In this document: piece after piece, positions 17,900 through 27,583 of the stretch
Position numbering within the stretch: position 1 is the first letter of the stretch
How the letters are laid out: every line of letters begins with the position of its first letter
Assembly (NCBI GenBank): GCA_963827685.1
Contig: CAWHBU010000010.1
Location: 1 to 45,661, forward strand
Length of the DNA: 45,661 nucleotides
Reading direction: 5' to 3'
Source of the DNA: an uncultured delta proteobacterium
GTDB lineage: Bacteria > Desulfobacterota > BSN033 > UBA1163
Translations under genes and position numbers: made by a program
Notes under the pieces: model-generated
Databases searched by the model: none
Told to the model about the DNA's origin: nothing
The model's input: only the letters and a program-made list of their open reading frames with translations

Positions 17900-18904
17900 T
17901 TAACCCGGCATCCTCAAGACACCCGCGCCCTGGATTTTCCCCTGTTTTAACAAAATGAGAGCCTGATTCGCCTCTTCTAATTTAAATTCTTTGACTTCAG
18001 GAATGATTGGGATTTCAGCAGCGAGAAGCAGAAATTCTTGGGCATCCCTTCGGGTAATATTCGCCACACTCTTTATTTCTTTTTCATCCCAGAGGAACTG
18101 AACATAGTCAAGGGGTGGAATTGGGTTTCTCTTTCGAATGACCGCTAACACCAACCTCCCTCCCTTTTCCAAAACCTTCAGGGCATGAGGTACTGTTTCT
18201 CCGACCGGAGTAAAATCAATGGCGCAATGGAGTTTCTTGGGAGGTTCATCTTCCGGCCCTCCTGTCCAGGTGGCTCCGAGTTTTTCAGCCAAGTTTCGAT
18301 GTTTCTCACCTCTCGTAAAGACAAATACTTCACAACCCCAATATTTCGCTACCTGAATGACGATATGCGCAGAGGCTCCGAAGCCGAAAAGTCCCAGGGT
18401 TTGGCCTTTTTTAATACCGGAAAGCATTAAATCTCGATATCCAATAGCACCCGCACATAAGAGAGGAGTCGCCTCAGCATCAGAAAATCTTTTGGGGATT
18501 AAATAGGCGAAGTCTTCCGAAACAACGGTGTATTGCGCATAACCGCCATTGGCATGGCATCCCGTGCCGCGGAACTCTAAACATAAATTTTCGTTTTCTT
18601 GCAGGCAAAAATGACATTTTCCGCAAGCTGAATTGATCCAGGCAATTCCCACCCGGTCTCCTATGTTAAAGTATTTTGCCCCTGAACCTAATCTTTCTAC
18701 TCTTCCAACAATCTGGTGTCCCAAGACGATTGGCAGTTTTGGCGGAAGCCTTCCCTCGATCTCATCCAGCTCCGTATGGCAGACTCCACAGGCAGAAATC
18801 TTTACCAAGATTTCCTTAAGACCGGGAACAGGATCTGGCAAATCCGTCATCTCAAGTGGTTCTTTTTCAATTAGCGAAATTTGTTTAAGCACCATAGCCT
18901 TCAT
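17900..18904 (-). CDS. zinc-dependent alcohol dehydrogenase (MDR family)
   Basis: CGVCHTE, GHQIVG, CGKCHFC..ENLC, PLLCAG, GLFGFG. Confidence 0.95.
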   Translation of the reverse strand: MKAMVLKQISLIEKEPLEMTDLPDPVPGLKEILVKISACGVCHTELDEIEGRLPPKLPIVLGHQIVGRVERLGSGAKYFNIGDRVGIAWINSACGKCHFCLQENENLCLEFRGTGCHANGGYAQYTVVSEDFAYLIPKRFSDAEATPLLCAGAIGYRDLMLSGIKKGQTLGLFGFGASAHIVIQVAKYWGCEVFVFTRGEKHRNLAEKLGATWTGGPEDEPPKKLHCAIDFTPVGETVPHALKVLEKGGRLVLAVIRKRNPIPPLDYVQFLWDEKEIKSVANITRRDAQEFLLLAAEIPIIPEVKEFKLEEANQALILLKQGKIQGAGVLRMPG

Positions 18905-19063
18905 TTCTCAATCCTCCATTCCTTCGCTCGATGGCCATATATCATACACCATTTTTGCCATCTTTGAGTAATAAATATCGTGTTTGTTACGGATTACCGG
19001 AAGAAAACTCTATGGAATCATTTCATGTCGGAGGAATCAGGGAACCTAAGAGGACCCAATGTC

Positions 19064-19089
19064 CAGGGCGGGGTCTAAACCCCGCCCTG
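19064..19089. repeat. perfect GC hairpin; possible terminator of the minus-strand gene 19119-19496 or a REP
   Basis: CAGGGCGGGGT-CTAA-ACCCCGCCCTG. Confidence 0.55.
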
Positions 19090-19118
19090 CACGCGGGGAT
19101 TAATTCAGGTTGAAGTAC

Positions 19119-19496
19119 TTAATAAGGTCTGTAATACCCTTCGACCCAGACCCTTCTCTCCTCGTAGTATCCAGGGGCTTGGCGATTCTCATAATGTCCT
19201 GCGATCCAATGCCCCCAACGATCATATTGACCAGGGATCCACACTCTTTCCCGAGTGCCTAGAACCCATTCACGAGTCATTTCCCAATGACCCGGGACAT
19301 ATTCCTGTCGGGGTGGATAATAATGATGCTCCGGTGCTGGAGAGATAAAGACTGGAGGCGGAGGCAGAGCGGCTAACAGTCCTCCTAAGGTGAGTGCTTT
19401 CAATATGCGGTCCCTAGAACCTGCCTCAGCAGAGGGTACGGTGAAAACAGAGATTAAGGCCAAAACCAGGATCATCCATGCCAATTTCTTCCACAT
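19119..19496 (-). CDS. secreted YXWGXW-repeat-like (W-x-x-G-x-W/Y) protein
   Basis: Signal peptide ending AEA; repeats YVPGHW, WVLGTR, WIPGQY, WIAGHY, WVEGYY; RBS AAGGAGG. Confidence 0.75.
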   Translation of the reverse strand: MWKKLAWMILVLALISVFTVPSAEAGSRDRILKALTLGGLLAALPPPPVFISPAPEHHYYPPRQEYVPGHWEMTREWVLGTRERVWIPGQYDRWGHWIAGHYENRQAPGYYEERRVWVEGYYRPY

Positions 19497-19540
19497 AAAA
19501 AATCCCTCCTTTCGGATTTATCTATCGTTCTTTTACTTTT

Positions 19541-19571
19541 TTAGACGGAGGGATTAGGGGATTTATTCAAA
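19541..19571 (-). promoter_or_regulatory. putative ECF-sigma promoter (TTTGAATA-N16-CGTCTAA)
   Basis: Same bipartite motif as upstream of the ECF sigma gene (21252-21281). Confidence 0.65.
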
Positions 19572-19614
19572 TCTTAGATGGTCGTTTTAAAGGTTGACAG
19601 AAAAGGAATACAAA

Positions 19615-20058
19615 TTAGAAGCGGGCAGAGAGGGCATAGATGATAACTCCTTCCCCATGCTTTGGACCTCCAATTAGGACAGTCCTCCCAGGGAAGAGTC
19701 TAACCTGGGTATCGAGGATATCCTTTCCTTCACGAACAACTCTTATTCTTAATTTAGCAACATCTTTATGCAACCCCACTAAAGTAACCTCTATGAAAGT
19801 CCTTCCCTGATGGACGGAGATTGTGACAGGTTGATTAGGGGAGAGATTAAGGTTTTCGTTCCTGAGAAGACGATAAGAAGTAAAGCTGAAAAGGGATCCC
19901 AGTTCGCCGTGAACATCCCTTAAAGAAGGATCGATGTTTTGTCCGACATTCGAAGCCTGGATCACCCTCATTCGGACCTGAACCTGAGCTGAGGCTGCTG
20001 AAAGAAAAAAGAAAGAAAAAATAAAAAAGACAATAAGAAATATAGCTATTTTCCTCAT
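19615..20058 (-). CDS. secreted hypothetical protein of the ECF operon
   Basis: Start MRKIA overlaps the anti-sigma stop (ATGA); signal peptide ending ASA. Confidence 0.75.
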   Translation of the reverse strand: MRKIAIFLIVFFIFSFFFLSAASAQVQVRMRVIQASNVGQNIDPSLRDVHGELGSLFSFTSYRLLRNENLNLSPNQPVTISVHQGRTFIEVTLVGLHKDVAKLRIRVVREGKDILDTQVRLFPGRTVLIGGPKHGEGVIIYALSARF

Positions 20059-20567
20059 GTCGTAGTGTGTTCCTTCTCCTGTCCCTCGAATAACCATATT
20101 ACGGTTACCTTTGTCTTTTCTAAATCGTATACCATCACATTATTGGTCTCACTCTCGATGTATTCTACAACAGATGCTTCAGGATAGGAAGCGGTTTTTT
20201 TTAAAATAATTTGGGCTGTAATGAATAGAAGGACTACGACGGTTGCCACCACAGGAATCCAAACCTTCCTTTTGAAAAGAGGCGAGACATCAAGCCAGGA
20301 ACGAAGGGATTGCCACCAGGTTCGCCTTTCCTGCAAACGAATTTGCCTCTCGATTTTCTGCCAAACCCAAGGGAAGTCCTCCTTCTGGAAGGCCTCTTCA
20401 ACGGGAGCTTTTATTAATGCCCTAAGTTCCTCCATCAATTTTAACGCATCCTGGCAGGCAGCACAATCCTGTAGATGGCCTTCTATAAGGAGTCTTTCCT
20501 TTTCCGTGACCTCCTGGTCAAAATATTTTTCCAAAAGTCTCGATATTGAGGAACAGGAATCTTTCAT
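20055..20567 (-). CDS. zinc-binding anti-sigma factor (zf-HC2), single TM
   Basis: C......L..Y.D.E......IEGHLQDCAAC (HxxxCxxC); TM VWIPVVATVVVLLFI. Confidence 0.9.
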   Translation of the reverse strand: MKDSCSSISRLLEKYFDQEVTEKERLLIEGHLQDCAACQDALKLMEELRALIKAPVEEAFQKEDFPWVWQKIERQIRLQERRTWWQSLRSWLDVSPLFKRKVWIPVVATVVVLLFITAQIILKKTASYPEASVVEYIESETNNVMVYDLEKTKVTVIWLFEGQEKEHTTT

Positions 20568-20596
20568 CTACCTCTCACCTCTTTTCATCCATCTTT

Positions 20597-20638
20597 ACCC
20601 CGTTAGAAATGATGCCCCGCTGGAATTTCTAACGGGGT
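20597..20638. repeat. 14-bp inverted repeat between sigma and anti-sigma
   Basis: ACCCCGTTAGAAAT-N14-ATTTCTAACGGGGT. Confidence 0.7.
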
Positions 20639-20641
20639 TTA

Positions 20642-21238
20642 CTAAAGCTTCGGCGAGTTCTGCGCTCCAGGGCTTTGGCCGTGGAGCCTCACATAATCTT
20701 TCAGTAACTCTTGCATCCTTTTTCTGCCGTAATGAAGACGGGACATCACCGTTCCGATCGAACATCCCATTGCTTCTGCCATCTCCTGATAGGAAAGGCC
20801 TTCCACATCCCTAAAAATGAGGGCTGCCTTCTGTTCAGCGGGGAGTTTGTTCATTGCCAACTTCACCCTTTCTTCCAATTCCTTTTGGAGAAGGATCCTT
20901 TCCGGTCCCTTTTCAACTCTATCAGGGGGTTCGAAACTTCCCTCCTCATCGAGGCTTGAGACAAATTTTTTCCCCGCCTTCCTTGCATAGTCAATGGTAG
21001 TGTTCATGACCATTCGATAAAGATACGTATAGAAATGGGACCTCCCCTCAAAATTCTTAATAGAACGAAATAGTTTAATAAAGACTTCCTGAACAATATC
21101 GAGGGCATCCTCCCTTTGTCTCACCACACCATAAGCGATTCGATAGACCTTCTTATGATATTTATCATAGATCTCCTTCAATGCTTGTTGATCGCCTTGT
21201 TGACATCTGGAGATCATCTCGGTTTCTTCATGATTCAC
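20642..21238 (-). CDS. ECF RNA polymerase sigma factor (RpoE-like)
   Basis: Region 2 DALDIVQEVFIKLF...FYTYLYR; region 4 LP.EQK..L..RDVEGLSYQEMA..MGCSIGTVMSRL. Confidence 0.95.
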   Translation of the reverse strand: MNHEETEMISRCQQGDQQALKEIYDKYHKKVYRIAYGVVRQREDALDIVQEVFIKLFRSIKNFEGRSHFYTYLYRMVMNTTIDYARKAGKKFVSSLDEEGSFEPPDRVEKGPERILLQKELEERVKLAMNKLPAEQKAALIFRDVEGLSYQEMAEAMGCSIGTVMSRLHYGRKRMQELLKDYVRLHGQSPGAQNSPKL

Positions 21239-21251
21239 TATCTCTTACCTC

Positions 21252-21281
21252 TTAGACGATAAATAAGCTAAAATATTCAAA
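21252..21281 (-). promoter_or_regulatory. putative autoregulatory ECF promoter (TTTGAATA-N15-CGTCTAA)
   Basis: -10 CGTCTAA resembles known ECF -10 elements; the motif recurs at 19541-19571. Confidence 0.65.
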
Positions 21282-21476
21282 TATTAAGATTATATTCATT
21301 GCAGCCTAATTGTCCACTGTTATTATTATTTCTTATTGAAAGATTCGAAATTTCATTAAATAATAGACACGATTTTCAAAAAAGCTCATAGAACTTCCTC
21401 AGGAAGAAGGAAGGGCTGGATGTTCTTGATTATGACACATGGTTCAATCCGCTTCTGTTGGGGGAGGTGTTAGTCA

Positions 21477-21722
21477 ATGGGTGCAATTAAGAGAATTGGA
21501 TTGCTGATCATCGGCTGGTTATTCATTGTTTTGGGGATTCTTGGCCTATTCCTCCCCATTCTTCAGGGAATTCTATTTATCTTGATTGGTCTGGCTATTC
21601 TTTCCTCCCGAAGCAAATTAATAAAAAGGTTTCTGAAACATCTTGAGGAACGTTACCCACGCTACCACGAGCGGGTGGAGATCTGGAGAGAAAAAATCAG
21701 AAATTTATTCGGAAAGGATTGA
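21477..21722 (+). CDS. small membrane protein (DUF454/PGPGW-like)
   Basis: GWLFIVLGILGLFLPILQGILFILIGLAILS; RBS GGAGG. Confidence 0.75.
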   Translation: MGAIKRIGLLIIGWLFIVLGILGLFLPILQGILFILIGLAILSSRSKLIKRFLKHLEERYPRYHERVEIWREKIRNLFGKD

Positions 21723-22053
21723 CCATAAGAAAATGTCAAATTCCAAAGGTCTTCCGACGCCACGGTCTGGTCGCTTACACTCCATGGCTTCAGCGATGGA
21801 GCGCATTGGACGACGGCGTCAAATGTGAAATCAAATCCAACCGAAGGTTCCTACCGCATCGCCTCCCTTTTTATTGAGGTCTGGTAACTCCTGATGGGTT
21901 CACAGAGGCATATTGATTATAGGTTCAATGAATGGAAATGAAATAAATGACATTCGTTCCATTCGATGCCATTCGTTCTATTCGTTTTTCTTATGTAGAT
22001 TTTAATTGACAAAGAGAAGAAAATTGGTTAACCCCGTGAATGGGAGGTGGGAG

Positions 22054-23184
22054 ATGCCAACGAAGAAAGCCGATATAGACCGATGCCGGGGTAGGTTGAA
22101 ACGTACCGAGGAGAAAGTTGAACGACTCATCTTGCTCTCTCAATTAGGCCAAATTCTCAACTCCACGTTGGATCATAAAGAAATTCGTAGGAGGGCAATC
22201 AAAGCAGCCACTCGATTGATGAAAGCAGAGGTGAGCTCTCTTCTCCTCGTCGACGATAGAAAACGTCAACTCTATTTCGAGGTGGCACTGGGTGATCGGG
22301 AGGAGGATATTAAAACGATCCCTCTCAACTTTGGAGAGGGAATTGCAGGATGCGTGGCTCAGCACGGTAAGGCGTTGATTGTAAATTCCCCTGAGAAAGG
22401 TCCCCGTTTTTTTAAGGGAGTGGATGAGAGGACAGAGTTTAAGACGCGAAATATCATCTGTGTCCCTGTAAAAATCAAAGGAAAGACGATTGGGGTTTTG
22501 GAGGCAATCAATAAACAGAAAAAGGGAAGATTTGATAAGGAGGACCTTTCCCTTCTCACCTCCTTAGCCGATCAAGTGGCCATCGCATTGGATAACGCCA
22601 GGCTCTATCAGGAACTGGAGGAGATGTTCTTTCAAACCGCCGATTCATTGGCCAATGCCATTGAACAGCGTGACTCCTATACCGGAGGACATACCCAGAG
22701 GGTGACTTTATATAGTCAGACCATTGCGAAGTACCTTCCACTGAGACCCTTGGAGCGAAAATGGTTAAAGATTACCTCTGTGCTTCACGATATCGGGAAG
22801 ATAGGGATTGAGGATTATATCCTTAGAAAACCAGAACGGTTGAACCCTGAGGAATCTAAGATCATCAGACGTCATGCGAATATAGGAGTAAAGATCATCG
22901 AGCATATCCAGCAACTCAAAGAGATCGTTCCCGGGGTGAAATACCACCACGAGCATGTCAACGGCGAGGGATACCCGGATGGCTTGAAAGGAGAAGAAAT
23001 CCCCATCCTTGCAAGGATTGTGGCCGTGGCTGACACCTATGATGCGATGACCACAGACCGGCCTTATCGGAAGGCGAGGGAGAAAGGGGTGGCGGTGGAG
23101 GAACTTAAGAGGTGTTCAGGAACACAGTTTGACAAGGAAGTGGTGGAGGCTTTCATGCAGGCCTATCAGCGAGGAGAAATATAA
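22054..23184 (+). CDS. GAF + HD-GYP cyclic-dinucleotide phosphodiesterase
   Basis: GAF (GEGIAG.VA..G, ICVP, GVLEAINK, FDKED); HD-GYP (RDSYTGGH, LHDIGK, HHEHVNGEGYP, VADTYDAMT.DRPYR). Start set at ATG 22054. Confidence 0.93.
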   Translation: MPTKKADIDRCRGRLKRTEEKVERLILLSQLGQILNSTLDHKEIRRRAIKAATRLMKAEVSSLLLVDDRKRQLYFEVALGDREEDIKTIPLNFGEGIAGCVAQHGKALIVNSPEKGPRFFKGVDERTEFKTRNIICVPVKIKGKTIGVLEAINKQKKGRFDKEDLSLLTSLADQVAIALDNARLYQELEEMFFQTADSLANAIEQRDSYTGGHTQRVTLYSQTIAKYLPLRPLERKWLKITSVLHDIGKIGIEDYILRKPERLNPEESKIIRRHANIGVKIIEHIQQLKEIVPGVKYHHEHVNGEGYPDGLKGEEIPILARIVAVADTYDAMTTDRPYRKAREKGVAVEELKRCSGTQFDKEVVEAFMQAYQRGEI

Positions 23185-23258
23185 CTTCTGAATTTCAAAT
23201 TTCAAAATCCAAATTTCAAATTTGTGAACTCCGAACTTAAAACTCCGAACTCCGAACT
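23184..23258. repeat. heptamer tandem arrays (AATTTCA)n and (AACTCCG)n
   Basis: aatttcaaatttcaaaatccaaatttcaaa followed by aactccgaacttaaaactccgaactccgaact. Confidence 0.7.
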
Positions 23259-23284
23259 TTTTTTCTTTTGCGGGAGGAAGTTGG

Positions 23285-25639
23285 ATGTCGATTGAAGAGA
23301 TTATTGAGTCTTGGAAGCGTTCCCGCGCCATCTCCCCTTGTATTACTGATCTGCGAATTTTCAAAAAGAGAGAAGGACAATATCGCCCTTTTCCGAAGTT
23401 CATCCACCCCGTCATCAAGGAGGCTTTGGAAACAGAAGGAATCGGGCAGCTCTATTCCCATCAGGTCGAAGCGATCGAGGCGGTTCACGAAGGAAAAGAT
23501 ATCGTTGTCGTTAGCCCGACCGCTTCCGGGAAGACGCTTTGTTATAACCTTCCAGTGTTGAACACGAAGCTGGAAGTGCCTTCTTTAAAGGCCTTTTATC
23601 TCTTCCCCACGAAGGCCCTGTCCCAAGATCAGATGTTCGAACTCCAGAACTTCATTCAACGGATCGGAAAATCGATCACCACGTTCACCTATGACGGAGA
23701 CACTCCCCAGGATGCTCGGCAGGCCATCCGTACCCAGGGGGATATTGTGATCACCAACCCTGACATGCTTCATACGGGTATCCTTCCCCACCACACGAAG
23801 TGGATGAACTTCTTTCAAAATCTGAAATTTGTAGTGATCGATGAACTCCACACCTACCGAGGAGTCTTCGGTGCTCATATGACCAATGTGCTGAGGCGGT
23901 TGGATCGTATCTGCGGTTTCTATGGATCGAGACCTCAATTCATCTGCTGCTCCGCGACAATCGCCAATCCTAAAGAATTAGCCGAAAAGCTTCTCGAAAG
24001 GGATGTCTTCCTGGTTGATCAAAACGGCGCTCCGTCGGCGGAGAAGATTTTCCTCTTTTATAATCCGCCCATCGTCAATAAGGAGTTGGGAATTCGTGGG
24101 AGCCACATTCATGCAGCCAGACGTTTGGCCTCACCTTTCATCGAGCAAGGGATTCAGACCATCCTCTTTGCTACGAGTCGGCTCTCTGTAGAAGTGCTGA
24201 CGAAATATCTGAAGGATCGCTTTGAGAAGAAGCTAAAGGATAAAGGAAAGGTCAGAGGATATCGCGGAGGCTATCTCCCAAAGATGCGGAGGGAGATTGA
24301 AAAGGGGTTGAGGGAGAAAGAAGTCAAGGCGGTTGTCTCCACCAACGCCCTTGAACTTGGGATTGACATTGGAGATCTTGAAGTCTGCTTGATCGCAGGC
24401 TATCCCGGCACCATCGCTAGCACTTATCAGCAGGCAGGACGAGTGGGAAGGCGATCAGAAAAGTCATTGGCCGTTCTCATCGCGAAGAGCCAACCTCTGG
24501 ATCAATTCATCATCGAGAACCCGGACTATTTCTTCGGACAATCCCCTGAGCATGGATTGATCAACCCGGATAACCTCCTTATCCTCCTCAGCCATATTCA
24601 GTGCGCTGCGTTTGAACTTTCCTTTAGGGATGGAGAACGCTTCGGACGGGAAGATTTGAATGAGTTGCTGAAGTACCTGGAGGAAAAGGGAACCCTTCAT
24701 CATGTGGGTCAAAATTGGTATTGGACGCAAGACGCCTATCCTGCGGAAAAGGTCAGCCTCCGATCCGCCTCAGAAGAAAATTTTGTGGTGATTGATACCA
24801 CGAAGAAGAAAGGAGAGGTAATCGCCGAGGTGGATTTTACGGGTGCCCATACGACTCTTTATGAAGGAGCTGTCTATCTCTGTGAATCAGAACTCTATAC
24901 GGTGGAGAAGCTCGATTACCCCAATCGTAGAGCCTATGTCAAGAAGACCGAAGGGGATTATTACACCGATGCCATTGACTATACCGATGTCTCCATCCTG
25001 GAGGGTTTTGAGAGAAAGCAGGGAGAGGGCACGGTCTTTGAACATGGTGAGGTAAAAATAGCCACCCGTGTTGTGGGATACAAAAAGATCAAATTCTATA
25101 CCCTCGAAAATTTGGGTTACGGTAAAATTGAGCTTCCGGATCTTCAGTTTCATACCACTTCCTATTGGATCACTTTTAGGAAAGGTTTGTTAGATCGACT
25201 TCCTTATTCTCGTTTGGACGTTATTGATGGAGTGTTAGGACTCGGCTATGCCCTTCATTCCATGGCAGCCCTTCACCTGATGTGCGACCCCCACGACCTC
25301 AACCGCTGTGTCGGAGATCGAGGGGCTAAGTGGTTCCTGAGACTTTCGAGGGATTCCAAAGGGATTTATTCCTCTTTCAATACCCCGAATGAGATTCCTC
25401 TGGAAGGGATGGACCTCTTTGAACCGACTCTCTTCCTTTATGATAACTATCCGGGGGGAATGGGTTTCAGCCCTCAACTCTTCGACGATACACGGGTGCT
25501 GCTTGAGAAAACGATGAAGCTCATCTCCAAGTGCGAGTGTCATTATGGCTGTCCGTCCTGTGTAGGGCCTACGAAGGACGTCGGCGAAAAATCAAAAGAA
25601 GTAGCATTGGCACTGCTAACAGAAATACTGAAGTTATGA
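23285..25639 (+). CDS. mrfA: DEAD/DEAH helicase with C-terminal DUF1998 Zn domain (MrfA/Hrq1/SftH family)
   Basis: LYSHQ, PTASGKT, PTKALSQDQ, TNPDMLH, DELH, SATI, TNALELGIDIG, QQAGRVGR; LYDNYPGGMG and C.C..GCPSC. Confidence 0.92.
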   Translation: MSIEEIIESWKRSRAISPCITDLRIFKKREGQYRPFPKFIHPVIKEALETEGIGQLYSHQVEAIEAVHEGKDIVVVSPTASGKTLCYNLPVLNTKLEVPSLKAFYLFPTKALSQDQMFELQNFIQRIGKSITTFTYDGDTPQDARQAIRTQGDIVITNPDMLHTGILPHHTKWMNFFQNLKFVVIDELHTYRGVFGAHMTNVLRRLDRICGFYGSRPQFICCSATIANPKELAEKLLERDVFLVDQNGAPSAEKIFLFYNPPIVNKELGIRGSHIHAARRLASPFIEQGIQTILFATSRLSVEVLTKYLKDRFEKKLKDKGKVRGYRGGYLPKMRREIEKGLREKEVKAVVSTNALELGIDIGDLEVCLIAGYPGTIASTYQQAGRVGRRSEKSLAVLIAKSQPLDQFIIENPDYFFGQSPEHGLINPDNLLILLSHIQCAAFELSFRDGERFGREDLNELLKYLEEKGTLHHVGQNWYWTQDAYPAEKVSLRSASEENFVVIDTTKKKGEVIAEVDFTGAHTTLYEGAVYLCESELYTVEKLDYPNRRAYVKKTEGDYYTDAIDYTDVSILEGFERKQGEGTVFEHGEVKIATRVVGYKKIKFYTLENLGYGKIELPDLQFHTTSYWITFRKGLLDRLPYSRLDVIDGVLGLGYALHSMAALHLMCDPHDLNRCVGDRGAKWFLRLSRDSKGIYSSFNTPNEIPLEGMDLFEPTLFLYDNYPGGMGFSPQLFDDTRVLLEKTMKLISKCECHYGCPSCVGPTKDVGEKSKEVALALLTEILKL

Positions 25640-25725
25640 GTTCGGAGTTTAGAGTTCGTAGAAAAAGATTGAATTGAAACTCATGGTTCAATGCTCCGAA
25701 CCACGAATTAATCACTCCGAACTTT
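25634..25725. repeat. inverted heptamer array (GAGTTCG / CGAACTC)
   Basis: gagttcggagtttagagttcg ... ctccgaac..actccgaact between the helicase and exonuclease genes. Confidence 0.7.
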
Positions 25726-25737
25726 AGTTCAAAAGCG

Positions 25738-27021
25738 ATGGACCTCAAAGAACGGTTAAACAGACTTGCTTCGATTTCTAAAAGCCAGCCTGAGGAAAAA
25801 TCTCAGGTTCTCAGCGATCTGAGGCATAGACTGGATCGGCTTCTCGAACCGAAAAAGACCTATCGGAAAAAGGCGGTCGTTCCTATCGAACAATTGGTGA
25901 AGGGAGAGGTTATTTCAACTCCAGAAGGCGAGGCCTTCCTCACGAAAGAACACTTCCCTGCTCACTATCAATACGGAGAGATGGCCTTGGCAGATATACT
26001 CAGCATTCCTACTTATCCCGCCCATCTTCTTTCGAGAGATGAACGGTTGAAGGAATTGGATTTCCGAAAGGCTCTGTTTCTCGATACTGAAACGACCGGT
26101 CTGAGCGGAGGGACTGGAACCTTTGCCTTTATGGTTGGGTTGGGTTTTTTCCAAGAGGATAAATTTTTGATTCATCAGTTCTTTATGAGAGACTATTCTG
26201 AGGAAAGGGCTTCACTCTCCCTGCTCAAAAATATCGTTGATTCTTTTCAATTCTTAGTCACCTTCAATGGACGGCACTATGATATCCCGCTCCTCGAGAC
26301 ACGATTCATTCTCTCACGTATAGTCTCAAAGATAAGGGAGATGCCTAATTTTGATCTCCTCTACCCCTCCAGAAGGATTTGGAAGGGGGCCTACGAAAAC
26401 TGCCGGCTGGTCACCCTCGAATCCCGGCTTTTGGGAGTGGAAAGAACGGATGACATTCCGTCGGAATGGATTCCCTATCTCTATTTCGATTATATCCAGA
26501 CCGGGGATGCCACGAAGATTCATCAGGTTTTTTATCATAACCAGATGGATATCCTCTCGATGGTCGCACTGGCTGGGAGGATCCACCTCGTCTATCATGA
26601 TCCCCAGGCAGCCCGGCCCAGAAAAGGGATCGAACACTTTGCCTTAGGGAGACTCTTCTGGGAGCATGGTCAACGGGAAAAAGCTATTCCCTGCTTTGAA
26701 ATTGCCTTGAAGCGTTGTGATGATGACCTGTCCTGGGAAGTGATGAAGTGGCTCTCCAGAGCTTTCAAGAAGACGGGGCAGGCCGAAAAGGCCCGATCTC
26801 TCTGGGAAGAGATGATGGGCTGGCCTTATAAAAAGGATGCCTTTCCTTATATTGAATTGGCGAAATATCATGAGCATCGACTCAAAGATTGGAATAAGGC
26901 AATGGCCTATGTCGATGAGGCATTGGAACTTATCCCATCCCATCAACAAAGGGAGATCGAACTTCTCCAACACAGGAGACAGAGATTGGAGCAAAAGAAA
27001 GTTTCGAATGCGGCTCGATGA
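25738..27021 (+). CDS. mrfB: RNase H-like DEDD exonuclease with TPR repeats (MrfB/YprB family)
   Basis: FLDTETTGLSGGTGT, TFNG..YD.P, DLL, L..LE..LLG..R.DDIP, HNQMDI; TPR tail ELAKYHEH. Confidence 0.9.
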   Translation: MDLKERLNRLASISKSQPEEKSQVLSDLRHRLDRLLEPKKTYRKKAVVPIEQLVKGEVISTPEGEAFLTKEHFPAHYQYGEMALADILSIPTYPAHLLSRDERLKELDFRKALFLDTETTGLSGGTGTFAFMVGLGFFQEDKFLIHQFFMRDYSEERASLSLLKNIVDSFQFLVTFNGRHYDIPLLETRFILSRIVSKIREMPNFDLLYPSRRIWKGAYENCRLVTLESRLLGVERTDDIPSEWIPYLYFDYIQTGDATKIHQVFYHNQMDILSMVALAGRIHLVYHDPQAARPRKGIEHFALGRLFWEHGQREKAIPCFEIALKRCDDDLSWEVMKWLSRAFKKTGQAEKARSLWEEMMGWPYKKDAFPYIELAKYHEHRLKDWNKAMAYVDEALELIPSHQQREIELLQHRRQRLEQKKVSNAAR

Positions 27022-27169
27022 GAGTGAGAGCTCCGAAAAACTACTACACGCTCTCTTGATTACAAAGATTTCTGGACTTTTTCAGAAATCTCAGAGTTAA
27101 GTATTGACATCACCCTCACAAATTTCTATATTAGAATTAATCTATTTCAGGGGAAAGGAGGGAAAGGGG

Positions 27170-27334
27170 ATGCCCAGCTACGACTATCGATGCCCGAAAT
27201 GTAAAAAGAAATTTACTGTCATGCTCAGCATCAGAGAGCACGATGCTGGGAAGGCGAAATGCCCGAAATGCGGTGGGAGAAAACTAGAACAACTGATTAC
27301 TGCTTTTCAGGTAAAAACCTCCAGAAAGAGTTAA
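27170..27334 (+). CDS. FmdB-family zinc ribbon protein
   Basis: MPSYDYRCPKCKKKF...CPKCG; RBS AGGAGG. Confidence 0.88.
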   Translation: MPSYDYRCPKCKKKFTVMLSIREHDAGKAKCPKCGGRKLEQLITAFQVKTSRKS

Positions 27335-27583
27335 ACTTAGTGTTGAATTAAATTGGCGAGTGGGTATGCTTCCAAAACTTTATGAAGCGGTTCTTCTCAT
27401 GGGGATGAAGTTCGGGCTCACGACGAGACCTAAGTGGAGAGATTGATGCTGTGGGGAGAAGTGTATTGTAGATGAAAGAGCAGATTTTGGGGGAAATGGC
27501 GAAGGGGAAAGGGAAAATACCTAACAGAAGGCGGTCAGTGCGCCTTGTGAAAACCCGACGGGTTCTGAAAGAATCGTCCAAGG

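Noticed and set aside
23285-25639. DUF1998 helicase as a DISARM or Druantia defence component
   Set aside because: No methylase or other defence genes are adjacent; the size and the DEDD-TPR partner fit MrfAB.
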